From: Octopus vulgaris
Taxonomy: Eukaryota
Length of the DNA: 64,000 nt
Direction: 5' to 3'
Assembly: GCA_951406725.2 (NCBI GenBank)
Contig: OX597817.1
Location: 102,672,001 to 102,736,000 of the forward strand
Shown here: piece after piece, positions 50,751 through 64,000 of the stretch
Position numbering within the stretch: the first letter of the stretch is position 1
Layout: each line of letters starts with the position of its first letter
Translations under genes and position numbers: made by a program
Notes under the pieces: generated by a model
Seen by the model: only the letters and a program-made list of their open reading frames with translations
Told to the model about the DNA's origin: nothing
Database searches by the model: none

Positions 50751-51640
50751 TGTATTGCGCATTAATTTTAACAACAAATTAAATTCTATGGAAAAATTAA
50801 TGTTCACTAGTAAAATAACTCATAAATATACAAGGATATATTAAAAGTAGATACTATTTACTGCTTCTTCATTCAGTGTGAACCTTGTGGTTGATGCTGC
50901 TCCGCTAGTTTTGCAATATTCGTTTCCACCATTCTCAGTGATAATTAAAGATCACCTCTTTGTACAGTGTTGAGTCGGTTATGAGCTTTTGACAGAAAGT
51001 TAGAGACACAACTGAAATCAAATTCAAAAAGGTATGATGAAGGAAATGAGGTACCGTGCAACTGTGTTTTCTCCCAGAATAGTCGATATTTTTTAGTAGT
51101 GTCAATACATTTCAATACATCATGATCCCCATCTTTACTTCAAAAAATAGTGTCACCCATCATAATATATTTAGCATGAGTACTATTTATTAATTCAAAT
51201 AAAAGCAGAAATGAGAGAGTTTACATACTACTATGTTGAACTATCTTAAGCGTTAGAGAAATAAGCCTAGTTCTTTTCTTGCAATAGTATCTCTAAGGCA
51301 AATTTTTTCTCCTGGACACCTAAAATACTACCGCTGTCACCCAATTTACTATTATGCTTGCGTGGAAACCACAAAAACTTCTATGGATTCCCAAGGCTGA
51401 TATGGATCCCGCTTGAGCACCATTGCTTGAGGCTAACTATGATTCTTTCGTTTAATAGTTCTCCTTTATTGTCTTTTGGAACTCTCTACACACTTGCTCG
51501 CTTTCCGATGTTGAACTGGCGTCGATTCATAAAAAGAGAGTATACTATCTTTGCACTACCCTGAATTCCTTTACTGTAGCCGAAACTGACGGATCCTCTT
51601 ATTAACATGTAAGCAGTCGACACACAACTGCCGATTACCT

Positions 51641-51707
<67 letters not shown>

Positions 51708-52143
51708 GTGTGTGTGTGTGTACTTTGGCATAACTTCAAGGATATCTTGAGCTCGCCTCCGCGATCTGATGCTACATTCGTTCACATATTGAAGCGTCTC
51801 GCAGTTGCGCTATAATCATGTTCAACGGCAAACTTTATCGTTTCTAATTTAGAATTCAGCTGAAGAATACATTTGGTGGGTAGCATGCTGACGGTAAGCG
51901 TATCACAAAGTAAATAAACTTTGAGGTGGGGGTGAAGGTTATCTATCAATATATACGGATCGTTATTTACAAATATCTTTTTACATACATTTCTGTAACA
52001 GAATGCAATAAAGTATTTTTACATACATACACACACCACTTACATACATACATAATACATACATACATACATACATACATACATACATACATACATACAT
52101 ACATACATACATACATACATACATACGTGCATACATACATACG

Positions 52144-52681
52144 TATGAAACTATGTACAGTTGTGGAAATTAGCTGCCCAGCGGATGTTAACATAAAGTT
52201 AAAGATCAGCGAAAAAGAAAATACCTACGCTGAACTACTGAGAAATCTACACCTACTCTATCCAGATTACAAGTTCAGGTTCATACCTGTATTTATTTGG
52301 ACACTGGGTTATGTAACACACTGCCCACATACCAATCTTAAGAAATTAGGCTTCTCAAAAGCAGAAAGAAGAAAGCTGATTCGAAGTCAACAGATCAAAG
52401 TCATCGCTGGAGCTGTAAAAATCTGCAAAACTTCCCAGAAGTTTATCATTTAAGTATATATGAGCATATCTAGGTATGCAACTATATGCATGAGAATACA
52501 TACATAAAACAAATCAAACAAATCTGCACACATACGTACATACATACATAATACATACTTACATACATACAAAAATACCCTGTTGATGTTGTTGAAATTC
52601 CAATGAAAGAGCCTTGGATCTAGGTTTGAAACCGGCTCTTTCTCCATTGGTCAGAAAAATTCAAATAGAAATGAATAATGA
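52144..52681 (+). mobile_element. R4/Dong-clade 3' fragment (RLE domain plus 3'UTR) within (CATA)n
   Basis: KLCTVVEISCPADVNIKLKISEKENTYAELLRNLHLLYPDYKFRFIPV..LGYVT..KICKT. Confidence 0.85.
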
Positions 52682-52753
52682 CATACATACACACACGCAC
52701 ACACTCGCATACATACATACATACATACATACATACATACATACATACATACA

Positions 52754-52784
<31 letters not shown>

Positions 52785-53587
52785 GTACATACATATGAAG
52801 CACGCATTGTGACACTGAAAAAGCATCTGCTGTAGAGGAAAGAGACCAAGAAATTTGCCCCTCATCTTTTCGAGATCGATAAAATAAAGTATCAGTCAAG
52901 TACAGGCATGAAATTGATATCCCTCGTGTAATAATTGCTGGACTTGTGCCAAAATCTGAAACCATTTTTTAGAATATTTCTGAACACAGAATACTTAACT
53001 TTCAAAATGAAACGGACAGTATTAGGAAATGTTATATATGTGTTTTTAAAGGTGTATCGAAACATTGATAGCTTGACTAAAATTTTAAATGTTGTTAATT
53101 AGAAAATCGTTAAAATATTAGCTATTACTTGGGTGAAATTTCAGCAGTTTTTATATTATAATTAAGTTGTGGATTTCCTTTAATTAAATTATATGAGTTT
53201 TGTAATGATAGGGTTCATAAACTTATTTTTAAAGAAATAAGCTATATTTACCTAAAAAGTGTGAGTGTGGGGGTGAAGGTGTATACATTCATATACATAT
53301 ACATATATATATATATATACATGGTTTTTCAGACAACCAACAATTATTTACCGGTAGATTTCGGTATGTAAATATGACTTTTAGCGTCGGGAACTTCTGT
53401 AGAGTTCAGTATATATAGTATATAACCCTGCGATTCACATACCGGTGGTGCGCATGGCAGAATTTTGGAGGGAAAATTTACGGTCTCAATCGTCTACTTA
53501 GTTTTAACCTATGCTCACTTTCCCCCCATTATTTGATTACGCCTGGTCAAAGGTGGAGGCTGGTGGCATTTGATCGATCTAACGAAG

Positions 53588-53648
53588 ATGGTGCTGAAGA
53601 AAGACTTTAGGCAATTTCTCGCCTACGATCTAGAAACATGTTCACCAT
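53588..53648 (+). ncRNA. Minimal hammerhead ribozyme candidate
   Basis: ATGGTG-CTGAAGA-stem II (TAGGC/GCCTA)-GAAA-CATG-TT-CACCAT; perfect 6-bp stem I. Confidence 0.65.
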
Positions 53649-53829
53649 TAACGGTGAGGGATTGTTTTCGTTTATTTACTACTCCGTTTTTGCTTATGTG
53701 AATCGCAGGGTTATGTCGTATATGGAGCCCCCACTTGTAGAAAATGGAAATAATCAGTCTCTGACTGCCATTTCTAATTCTTTTGTTATGCGGCTGAGCA
53801 ACCTGTTGCCTGCCCTTTTACTTATATAC

Positions 53830-54076
<247 letters not shown>

Positions 54077-54274
54077 AAAATGGAGAGGATCAAGAGGTGG
54101 TATTCATCAACTTTTAGACAATATATTATGTCTATTTATTTATTTATAAAAAAACAATTATAACAATATACTTACATTTATAACATATTATGCTTTACAT
54201 ATATAATATATAAAATATAAAAATACCAGTAATTATTAAAATTTATAACGTAGAGCATAGAAAGTAGAATAGTA

Positions 54275-54396
54275 TCTTACAGCTGTTTCAACCAAGAGGC
54301 CATAATACTCCACTTTACTTCCATCCCTTCAGTGAACTGGTGTATTTGGTAGATAAGATTAAGGTACCTGGGTGTGCCTCTGGGCTTCGTCAGAGA
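54275..54396 (-). ncRNA. Hammerhead candidate with extended stem II loop
   Basis: Minus strand TCT-CTGACGA-AGCCCAGAGGC..(long loop)..GCCTCTTGGTT-GAAA-CAGCTG-TA-AGA. Confidence 0.55.
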
Positions 54397-55352
54397 GTTT
54401 AGAAAATTCATAAGGTTATTAACAACAGCACCTGCATATAATACTAAAAATAGAAAATGTATGTTATATATTAACGAAATTTTCTTTATAATCGGGACTA
54501 AAATCCCGCTTATTAACAGGAACGCAAAGAACGCAACATTAAGGAACGCAACAGGTCCTGACTTCATAAAATTGAGCATACCTTTTCCAAATACCACTAG
54601 TATTAAAATACCTCTACTGACATAATAATTATTATTATTATTGTTCGAGTTATTATTGTTGTTATACTGAATTGTATTATATAATATGTGATAATTATGC
54701 ATGTATATATATAAAAGAGGGTATATATAAAAGTGAGCTATAATTATATACACGTATGTATGTGTGAGTATATATTACTACTGTTGCTACTTTTGTATTA
54801 CTATATGTGGATATGTGTGTATATATGTATCTTTGTACACGCACTTGTGTGTATATGTATATTTATGTATACACACACATATATGTAGGTTTAGGTAGGT
54901 ATGTATATATATATATCTTTGTGCACGCACTTGTGTGTGTATATATATTTATGTATGCAAACATATAAGAAGAACGACAATGCATAAACCGGACAACGAT
55001 TACGTGGTAGTTGAAGAACGCAGAGGGACCAAGGAATAGGAGAGAGGGGAAAGAAATCAGAGGGACCAAATAATGAGAAGGAGGGATCACAGAATGTGAG
55101 GGAGGGAGAGAGAGAGAGAGAGAAACAAGGTACAAGGGAAGTGAGGAAGGAATGCAAAAGAGATTAAGAGAGGGCTAAAAGGGTTTAAGAAGTATGAGAG
55201 AGGGAAAATGAAATTAGAGGACCGATGGGGAGCGAGAGAGGGTGAGAAAAAGGAGATAGAGGAGGTAGGACAAAGGGAGAAATGCGAGAACGAGAGGATG
55301 AGAGAGATATTGAAATATATATAGAGACGTATAACATAATTCATACATACAA

Positions 55353-55383
<31 letters not shown>

Positions 55384-55387
55384 TACA

Positions 55388-55431
<44 letters not shown>

Positions 55432-55600
55432 CACTCACATGAAGGTCTTTCATGCAGTCTATCAAATCCTCTCACAAAGTACTAGTCGGCCCGGGGATAT
55501 AGTCGAAGACACTTGTTTATGGTGCCGCGCAGTGGAACTGAACCGAAAGTCACGTGGACACAAAACGAGTTTCATGACGACACATCCATATTCGTTTGTA

Positions 55601-55634
<34 letters not shown>

Positions 55635-55818
55635 TGCATGCATACATATTCATATGTATGCAGGATATGTGCATATAAAATATCAGATAAAGTTCATAGA
55701 GACAATAACTATATAATTTTAATTTCGGTGTAGCTTATAACATAAACAAACCATTAGTCATGCTGTGTGGTGCCTTTGATGTAGGTTAGATAATCTATGT
55801 TTAACTAATGGTATATAT

Positions 55819-55859
<41 letters not shown>

Positions 55860-55974
55860 TAAGCAGATACATGCAAAACATGATGGAAAAAAATAGTTCT
55901 CGAATATCGAAGGTAGAATAATATGCTTTTATTAAACTCCAAGTAAAGTATGTGGGTGTGGGTGAGGGTGAACA

Positions 55975-56190
55975 CGAGAGGACGCTGAAAAGTTTCTGGC
56001 TTTGGGTAAAAGAAAATACAGGAGGATCAGTTAATTCTGATTTTATTCAACATATTCCTGCCTCAGTTTCACGCACTGATTGCAGCGGTCCTTCAGATTT
56101 TCTAAGCCTGTAAAAGAGCTCGGAAGGTTGAGCCTTCCAAACAGGCTTTCGCAATACTCTTAAAGTCAGGAATTTTTCAACACCCGCTCG
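55975..56190. mobile_element. Mariner-derived MITE, second copy
   Basis: Colinear with 34091-34307 and more diverged. Confidence 0.8.
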
Positions 56191-56275
56191 TGTACGTATG
56201 TATGTATGTATATATATATATATATGAACAGAATTAATAACCCAGAAATGTCATCTGCAAGAGAAACAATTTTTA

Positions 56276-56625
56276 AGTGGCTGTGTAGTAAGAAGCTTGC
56301 TTCCCAACCACTTGGTTCCGGGTTCAGTCACACTGAGTAGCACATTGGGCAAATATCTTCTACAGCTTCAAGAGCCTGAGTGTGGATTTGGTTGACAGAA
56401 ACGTGTGTGGGTAGGAGAGAGTCCCACCACCACTTGACAACCGGTGTCAGTATGCTTACGTCCCCATAACTTAGTAGTTCTCCAAAACTCACCGATAGTA
56501 TAAACAGCAGGCTTAAAAACAAATAAGTACAGGGGTTCGTTCGTTCATCTAAAAAATTCTTCAAGGCGGTGCCCCAGCATGGCCACAGTCTGATGACTGG
56601 AACAAATAAAAGACAAAAGATAAAG
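56276..56625 (+). mobile_element. SINE family B
   Basis: Matches 47268-47692. Confidence 0.8.
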
Positions 56626-56820
56626 TAATACTGAATTATCTACTATAATAATACTCCTGTGTTTTTCTCCGTCACAGCACATGAATGAGAAAGGAAGGGG
56701 TGATAAATGAATAAGGAAGGAAGGGGTGATGGCAAACCTGGTAGTGGGATGATAGAAAAAAAATCAAACAGCGTTTCAATTCTGTGTGAGTATATGTGTG
56801 TGTAAGAAGGAAGTACGTGA

Positions 56821-56868
<48 letters not shown>

Positions 56869-56937
56869 AATGGAAATGGGATGGTGAACGTTCAACGCTG
56901 AAAAGAAAAGAAAAACAGCGTTTCAACTCTGTGTGAG

Positions 56938-56938
<1 letters not shown>

Positions 56939-56982
<44 letters not shown>

Positions 56983-57328
56983 TGTGTACAGTGCTCAGGT
57001 GCACTACAACTCATCTAAAGTGTATATATAATCAGGTGAAGTTTCGGCGGATTTCGGAAAGCATGAGGGCCTTAAAAGATGCAGTGTCATGGCAGTCAAC
57101 AACTGACGCAGGCAGTTTATTCCATGCTTCAGCAACTCTGAGCGTGAAAAAATGTTTCCGAAAGTCATGGGAGCTGTATTGTTTTCTGACTTTGTAGGCA
57201 TGTCCACGTGTGTTAGACACATGGAGATCAAAAAGGTGTTCAGTGTTGTTGTTGGTGAGGTGGTTGATAACTTTGTGGGTGTTTATCAAGTCCGTCGCCA
57301 AACGCCGGAGCTTCAGTGAATCCATGCA
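56939..57328 (-). mobile_element. CR1/L2-group LINE 3' fragment, same family as 29.5-31.1 kb
   Basis: Near-identical to 29490-29848; MDSLKLRRLATDL..NTRGH..FFTLRVAEAWNKLP; (TTA)n tail. Confidence 0.92.
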
Positions 57329-57499
57329 GATATATGTTTGTATATCTGTGCGTGTACAAGGGAGGTATGTGAATGTTTATATGTGTGAACCAGCGTTCTT
57401 TCAGTAACAAAAGATGATCAGTGTCACATCTTAAAAGACAACCGACTGGATAACATTGACAGTGTATTAATTTGATTTACCATCCATATTTATATGTAA

Positions 57500-57722
57500 A
57501 ATACTACAACAAGCCGTCATTTTTGACGGCACGAGGCCAGCTAGTTTATTTATAAATTCCACATGCCTATTAATCACACCGTGATACGTTCAAATACCGC
57601 TACGCCAGTTATCTTGTGTCCCGAGATTTACACGTGCTTGGTTTACACATTATGTCACGCTTACTCTATATTATAAGTTAGCTGGTCCCATGTCGTCAAA
57701 AATGATGACTAATTGTAGTATT
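57500..57722. mobile_element. Small MITE
   Basis: AATACTACAA..GTCATTTTTGACGGCAC..CCAGCTA against TAGCTGG..TGTCGTCAAAAATGATG..TTGTAGTATT. Confidence 0.65.
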
Positions 57723-58079
57723 TTATATATAGATAAGGTACAAAACAATCACAAACATTCACATACTTCTCTTGTACACGCACACACATATAAATATATA
57801 CTCCTGCAGAATTGAAACAATATTTGATTTGTTTTCCCATCTTAGAACTTCCCTCATCCCACTACCAAGTCTGCCATCACCCCTTCCTTCCTTATTTATC
57901 TATCACCTCTTCCTTTCTCATTCATATGTTGTGACGGAGAAATACATAAGAGTATTATTATAGCAGATAGTTAGTGTTAGGGATAACATCCAACAGTATA
58001 TAAGCATATTTCCCTAACAATATGTATATGCTCTGATTTCAAGAACTTATGTTTTGCAAGTCAAATATTTGTCTTTTTA

Positions 58080-58370
58080 AATAGGGTTCCTTCGAAGGGT
58101 CTCTAGAGTCACGTTATTCGACAAGGTGCACGGCTCGGAGATCAAGGAGTCTCTGCAGGTTGTGCTACTACTTCCCCGCATTGAGAGGTTACAGCTCCAG
58201 CATTACGGACATGTGGTTAGAATGTCGTAGGAAAGAATAGTAAGAAAGATTTTTGAAACTAAGCCAATCAGCAGGAGACTAAGAACGAGGTGGTTGGAGA
58301 ATGTCCATAGTCTCAATTGGTCATGATTGGAAATCCAGCTGGAAAGGTTAATAACAATTGCTTCTGATAG
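58080..58370 (+). mobile_element. RTE-clade LINE C-terminal remnant
   Basis: LFDKVHGSEIKESLQV..RIERLQLQHYGHVVRMS*ERIVRKIF..RTRWLENV. Confidence 0.7.
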
Positions 58371-58384
58371 TATGATATTAAACG

Positions 58385-59475
58385 TGGTATGAATAAGAAG
58401 GAAGAATTTAGTTGTTAGTTCGATAGACTACAAGAAGACTTACGACATTGTTTCCCGCTTCTGGCTCATGGAGTACCTGAGGACGCTCGAATTGGAAAAA
58501 GCATTGAGAGCATAGGGAATAGAATTAACATGCGCAAATGAGTAGTTAGGATATGTGCAAATATGCAGGGGTATATTCCTGGGAGACTTCCTCTTACCAT
58601 TGCTTTTCGTCATTGCATTAATCCTTCTAGCAAGTACACTAAGGAAATCCAGGCATGCCTACGAGTTTGGCAAAACCAAGATAACTCACCTGCTTTAATA
58701 TGGATGACCCCCAAACTGTATACAAGAATTTAAAAAGAAGTCTGGCTTCTTTTATACAAAAGCGAGGATACTAGGATGAAGTTTGGATAAATAAGTGCGC
58801 AACGCTAATTATGAAAAGAATCTGGAAGATGGCATAAAATTATTCCAAAGCAATATCATTAGATTGCTGAAAAATAACAAGTGATGCAAGTTTCCAAGGC
58901 TACTGAAAGACGATAGGATAATGGAAGGAGAATGAAAATCTCCAAAGATTACAAGAGAAGAACTAGGAAAGAATGCGAAATAAAATTAAATGCCGGGAAT
59001 ATTATCATGCCAATATTAAGATATTCTGTTCCTTTTCTAAAATGGACAAAGACAGAGCTACAGAAGAATTAGGAAGCTGTTCACAATGTACAACACGCAT
59101 CACTCAAAAATTACTCTCGACAGACTCTACCTACCAAGAAATGGAGAAGGTAGAGGATTGCTAAACGCATAAAACATTGTTAGTACTGCGTCACTGGGCT
59201 TGAAGAACTATGTTGTACGTAGAAGGAAGAATACTTTTGGCAACTAGAAATGTCCCAAACATACAGAAACAGTAGAAGAATTTAAGAACAGAGCAAGTAG
59301 CTGGAAAGAGAAGGAATTACGTGGTCAATTTATGCAACAAATCGAGGGTGTTGGAAGTAAAGAAAGCTGCTTGTGACTGACGAATGGAAACCTGAAATGA
59401 GAAACCTAAACACAGATTATAGCCTCTCAGGAACAAGCTATTAATTTGATAAAAGCAAGGATTGAGAAAATGTAA
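58385..59475 (+). mobile_element. R4-clade RT remnant, heavily degraded
   Basis: IDYKKTYDIV; RGIFLGDFLLPLLFVIAL; THLL..MDD; GMKFG; ELRGQF; QEQA. Confidence 0.8.
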
Positions 59476-59662
59476 TCAGGCTTTGTCGTTCAATAAATAC
59501 AAGTGGTTTAGCTGATGCTGTCAAACGAGCAACTTACGAGGAAAGGGTCTAAGGGAGAAAACTTTGGAGGAAATAGTATCTCATAAAGAGCTGCAAATAT
59601 ATATCAACGTATTAGTGAATTGTGTGCGCTTGTTTTAAATATGCTTACTTTTGTTTACACAA

Positions 59663-59768
<106 letters not shown>

Positions 59769-60567
59769 AACACACAAACACAGTGTTAAATATGCTATGG
59801 CAAGTGAATGTGTGCGTATATTTATATTCGTCTGTCACCAATCAACAGCCGATGTTGATTTTTGTTTACAAACTGGAGTTTGTTTACGGCTAAAAAGAGA
59901 ACGGTAGAACACGTTCCGGTTTTCAAATAAATACTCGAGTAGATCTGATCGACTAAACACTTCAACACGATGCCTCAGTATGACCGCAGTCGAAAGATCA
60001 GAACAGAATTAAATAATATAGTAACAACAATAATGTAGTAATAAATATTACATCCACAATGAAATAATGTAGTAATAATTGTAAGCCCATCATGACCTGG
60101 TGAAGTAGCTTTTGTTGTATTTTGTGAGTCCAGAACCAATTCACGAAGCGGAATATTGCAACTCGAAATATACCCGGGTTTCGCAGCTTTGTCGTATTAT
60201 TTTGAGGAATTTTTCGAGACACTCTTCGAAGATTAAGGGATAGTTCCTTAATTTGTTTTGGAATGATATTAGAGCAAGGCTGACATGCGCGCGCGCGTGC
60301 AAACACACACACGCATACACACATGCACACACACATACACATATACACACTCATACATACACAGACGTACACATAGACATACACACATATATATATGTGC
60401 GTGTGTATGTATGTGTATGTGTGTGTATGTGTGGGTTTTGTGTAAATTTGTTTGTACATAATCTAATGCGCCTATGATAATGGGTACAAATGCACTCGAA
60501 TGAAAACCTTTGCACAGGCATCGCTGACACTTGTCGAACGAGTAGACAGTCATGTATGTATGTATGT

Positions 60568-60940
60568 CTCTTCTATTTTTTAATTATTATAAATCTTCCT
60601 CTGAGGAGGGAGCCAGTTTCCAACAAAGATACAAGACTCCATTTTTGGGATGTAGTTAACACAAATTCACCTCTGGAACTTGAGAAAAGTCTTGCATATT
60701 TTTCAACTCACAGATTGCACTTGTAATGTACGAATTAGCCGGTTGATTTCTCTTTATGAAAATCATCCCAATTTATCCCGATTCTACTTTAAACATTTAC
60801 TAACAAAACCAAGTGCTCCAATTATTATTAGTATGAATATGAATTCATAGTCTGGATATAGAAGCTGAATTCGAAGCAGTTGTCCATAGATATCCTCTTT
60901 TTCTTTGATTTTCAAAGAGATATTTATATCTGCTGGGCAG

Positions 60941-60941
<1 letters not shown>
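60568..60941 (-). mobile_element. R4/Dong-clade 3' fragment within (TATG)n
   Basis: Homologous to 46290-46614; both ends abut (TATG)n. Confidence 0.75.
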
Positions 60942-60971
<30 letters not shown>

Positions 60972-61040
60972 TGTATGTATGTATGTATGTATGTATGTAT
61001 GTATGTATGTATGTATGTATGCATGTATGTATGTATGTAT

Positions 61041-61857
61041 GTTACTATTCAGTCTTATTTCTAGATTTATTGCCAACAGAGAAAGAGCGGGTTTCTAACC
61101 AATTGGAATTTTAAACAACATCAATAAGGTGTTTATGCAACTGTGTGTGTATATGTGCAATATACATGTATGTGTGCAGTACATGTGCAGATTTGAATAT
61201 TTTGTTTTATGTATGTATTCTCATGCGCTATTTACTTAAAAGCTAAACTTTCGGAAAGTTTCACAAATTTTGACAGTTCCATTGATGGCTTGCATCTGTA
61301 ATCTTCTATCTGGCTTATTCCTTTCTGGTTTTGAGACAACTAATTTCTCAAGATTAGTATCTAAGCAGTTTGTTACATATCCTAGTACCTCAATAATTGC
61401 AGATATAAATCTAAACTTATAATCCGGATAGAGTAGCTGTAAATTTTTCAATAATTCAGCGTAGGTGTTTTCTTTTTCTGAAATCTTTAAGTTGATGTTG
61501 ACATCCGTTGGGCAACTGATTTTCACTACTGTACATAGTTTCTTTTCTCTGCCCTAAATCACTAAGTCTGGTCTGTTATGTTTGCATTTTATTGAGGTTC
61601 TTCACTGCTACATTCTACGCGTACTCTTTCATGTTATGAGTCGCTATAGCCTCTACCACATCGTGGTTTCTTTCTCTTTAGCCTCAAGGTTATCCTTCCA
61701 ACGGATCTCATTGTACAGTGTCTTGGCTACAACAGCATGTCTCATTTTGGGTATTTCCTGCGTCTCTGTCTCTTTTGTGCATCTGGAATTTGGTTGTTAT
61801 TTCCACTTTTTGGATTGCAAAGGCATATTCATCAAAGTGAGTTAGTGATCCAGTTGC
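61041..61857 (-). mobile_element. R4/Dong-clade 3' fragment with RLE within (TATG)n
   Basis: RHAVVAKTLYNEI..KCKHNRPDLVI*GREKKLCTVVKISCPTDVNI..EKENTY, a PD-(D/E)xK-type RLE. Confidence 0.85.
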
Positions 61858-61995
61858 GTGTATGTATGTATGTATGTATGTATGTATGTATGTATGTATG
61901 TATGTATGTATCTAGGTAGGTAGGTAGGTAGGTAGGTAGGTAGGTATACAAACACTCTCACACATAGAAATACAGATAGCTAGCTAACAAGCTTC

Positions 61996-62096
<101 letters not shown>

Positions 62097-62187
62097 AGAT
62101 ACATACACTCTTACATATATACATGCATACACATATCGCTTGAGAGATACACACGCGCACACACATTTACATATGTATGTATGTATG

Positions 62188-62602
62188 TTATTGTTCAGTT
62201 TTATTGCAAGATTTCTTGCCAGTAGAGAAAGAGCCGGTTTCTAACCTAGATTCAAGGTTCAACAGGCTATTTTTGTTTGTATGTATATATGTACGTATGT
62301 ATGTATATGTGCAGATTTGTATGTTTTGCTTTATGTATGTATTCTCGTGAATATCTAGACATGCTCATATATATTTAAATGATAAACTTCTGGAAAGTTT
62401 TACAGATTTTTACAGTTCCAGTGACGGATTGGCTCTGTAGTCTTCGAATTAGCTTTCTCCTTTCTGGTTTTGAGAAGCCAAATTTCTCAAGATTGGTATT
62501 TAGGCAGTATGTTACATATAGCAGGCCCCAATAATTACAGGTATGAACCTGAACTTGTAATCTGGATAGAGTAACTGCAGAATTCTCAATAGTTCAGCGT
62601 AT
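62188..62602 (-). mobile_element. R4/Dong-clade 3' fragment
   Basis: Reverse complement of 52225-52680; 3' end abuts (TATG)n. Confidence 0.85.
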
Positions 62603-63143
62603 CCAGTGGGGCAGCTCCAGTTCTGGAGTTCTGGATTTGTGGGGAGCGCGGAATCACCGCGTAATCACCATTACGCCTAGGTTCGCTCTGACCTGGACCG
62701 GTAGCACCCTTCAAGGTCCCATCTATGGATTGTATTGATTTTTCAGGGGTAGAGGGGGCTGCCGTTGTTTTTTTGACAGAGCCATGGAGAAGGCAGCTCT
62801 TCTAGAAGAAAGATATTCTGACATAAAACTTACTGTCAGAAAGTACCAGTCATCTTGCTGCGTTTGTCACTGGAACCTACGATGTTGACCGAGAGAGTAA
62901 CAAAAGTGTTGTACAAGCTTTTGTCACTTAAGTCCAATGACATAAAGATGTCTCACTGTCATTTCATTTCTTGATCCCTCTTGTATTTCATAAAATTCTC
63001 TGGTGATTGATGCGTGGTCAAAAGTCATATACGAGGATGAAAGTAGATCAGAACAATCAGGTTGAATGTGAGACGCCTATCACTTGAGAAGATGGGGCAA
63101 TCATCATCTATGGATGGATGGATGGATGGATGGATGGATGGAT

Positions 63144-63431
63144 GTCATCAGTCTTAATTCAAGATTTCCTGCCAATAGAGAAAGAGCCGGTTTCTAACCT
63201 AGATCCAAGGCTCTTTCATTGAAATTTGAACAACATCAACAGGGTATTTTTATTTGTATGTATGTATGTATGTATGTATGTATGTATGTATGTATGTATG
63301 TATGTATGTATGTATGTATGTATGTATGCATGTATGTATGTATGCATGCATGCATACATGTATGTATGTATGTATGTATGTATGTATGTATGGATGGATG
63401 GATGGATGGATGGATGGATGGATGATGGATC

Positions 63432-63471
<40 letters not shown>

Positions 63472-63694
63472 CTCTTTCTCTTTTTAATTTAGAATAAATT
63501 TTAGCCGACCATCTTCTACCTGGTAGCTTGGTTGTGAAGGAAAGTGTTTTCTTTTAACCATCATCCTTTAAATCTCAAGAAGGTCTTTCAGATTTTCATT
63601 GTCCCGGATATTGTGATCATTTGTAATATATCAGTTAAGAATTTGCATTCTCACCCCAAAATCCCAAGTCCAGACATACCTTGTTCCAGACGGG
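63144..63694 (-). mobile_element. Two short R4/Dong-type 3' fragments (63144-63255 and 63470-63694) among microsatellites
   Basis: The first matches the 3'UTR at 52570-52680; the second encodes LQMITISGTMKI*KTFLRF, similar to the other C-termini. Confidence 0.65.
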
Positions 63695-64000
63695 TATGTA
63701 TGTATGTATGTATGTATGTATGTATGTATGTATGTATGTATGTATGTATGTATGTATGTATGTATGTATGTATGTATGTATGTATGCATGCATGTATAAA
63801 TGTGTGTGTGTGTATGCGTGTAGAAAATTTTTAAAAAATTAAGAGTAAACTATTATTTTAACTTCTACATTTGTTTATTTTTTACTTCTCTAAATTCTTT
63901 TGCACATTTTGATAATGTGCAGCATGAAGAGTTTTCTGAATCACTTGGGTACAAATAATTCTGAGTAAATGAACATTCCCAGTCCAAATGAAAATTGTCA

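Larger units (their letters stand above)
56628..57978. mobile_element. Foldback or large MITE with about 190-bp TIRs carrying nested insertions
   Basis: 56633-56825 is an inverted copy of about 57755-57970 (CTATAATAATACTC..CTCCGTCACA..GAATGAGAAAGGAAG..GGTAGTGGGATGA). Confidence 0.7.

Overview
This is AT-rich eukaryotic, repeat-dominated DNA with no recognisable host gene, rRNA, true tRNA or CRISPR array. The dense (CATA)n/(CA)n/(TA)n/(GATA)n microsatellites and the SINE families look like an octopus/cephalopod genome, judged from recall and not from a search. All protein-like signal comes from decayed transposons: a near full-length Penelope-like element (PLE; 19.6-22.6 kb) with hammerhead ribozymes (HHR) in inverted terminal repeats, a CR1-type LINE and a 3' fragment of it, many R4/Dong-type fragments sitting in (CATA)n, RTE and L1/Tx1 remnants, mariners, MITEs, non-autonomous Helitrons and at least three tRNA-derived SINE families. 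The most striking item is a young 688-bp non-coding insertion (42475-43162) with a 14-bp target-site duplication. It reconstructs to a circularly closed 360-nt unit carrying a minimal dimer-type hammerhead with a compensatory U3-A8 core, which makes it a retrozyme-like candidate, and it sits inside a Helitron. Several other HHR-like motifs with different palindromic stem III sequences are scattered through the window. Most long ORFs in the supplied track are microsatellite artefacts.
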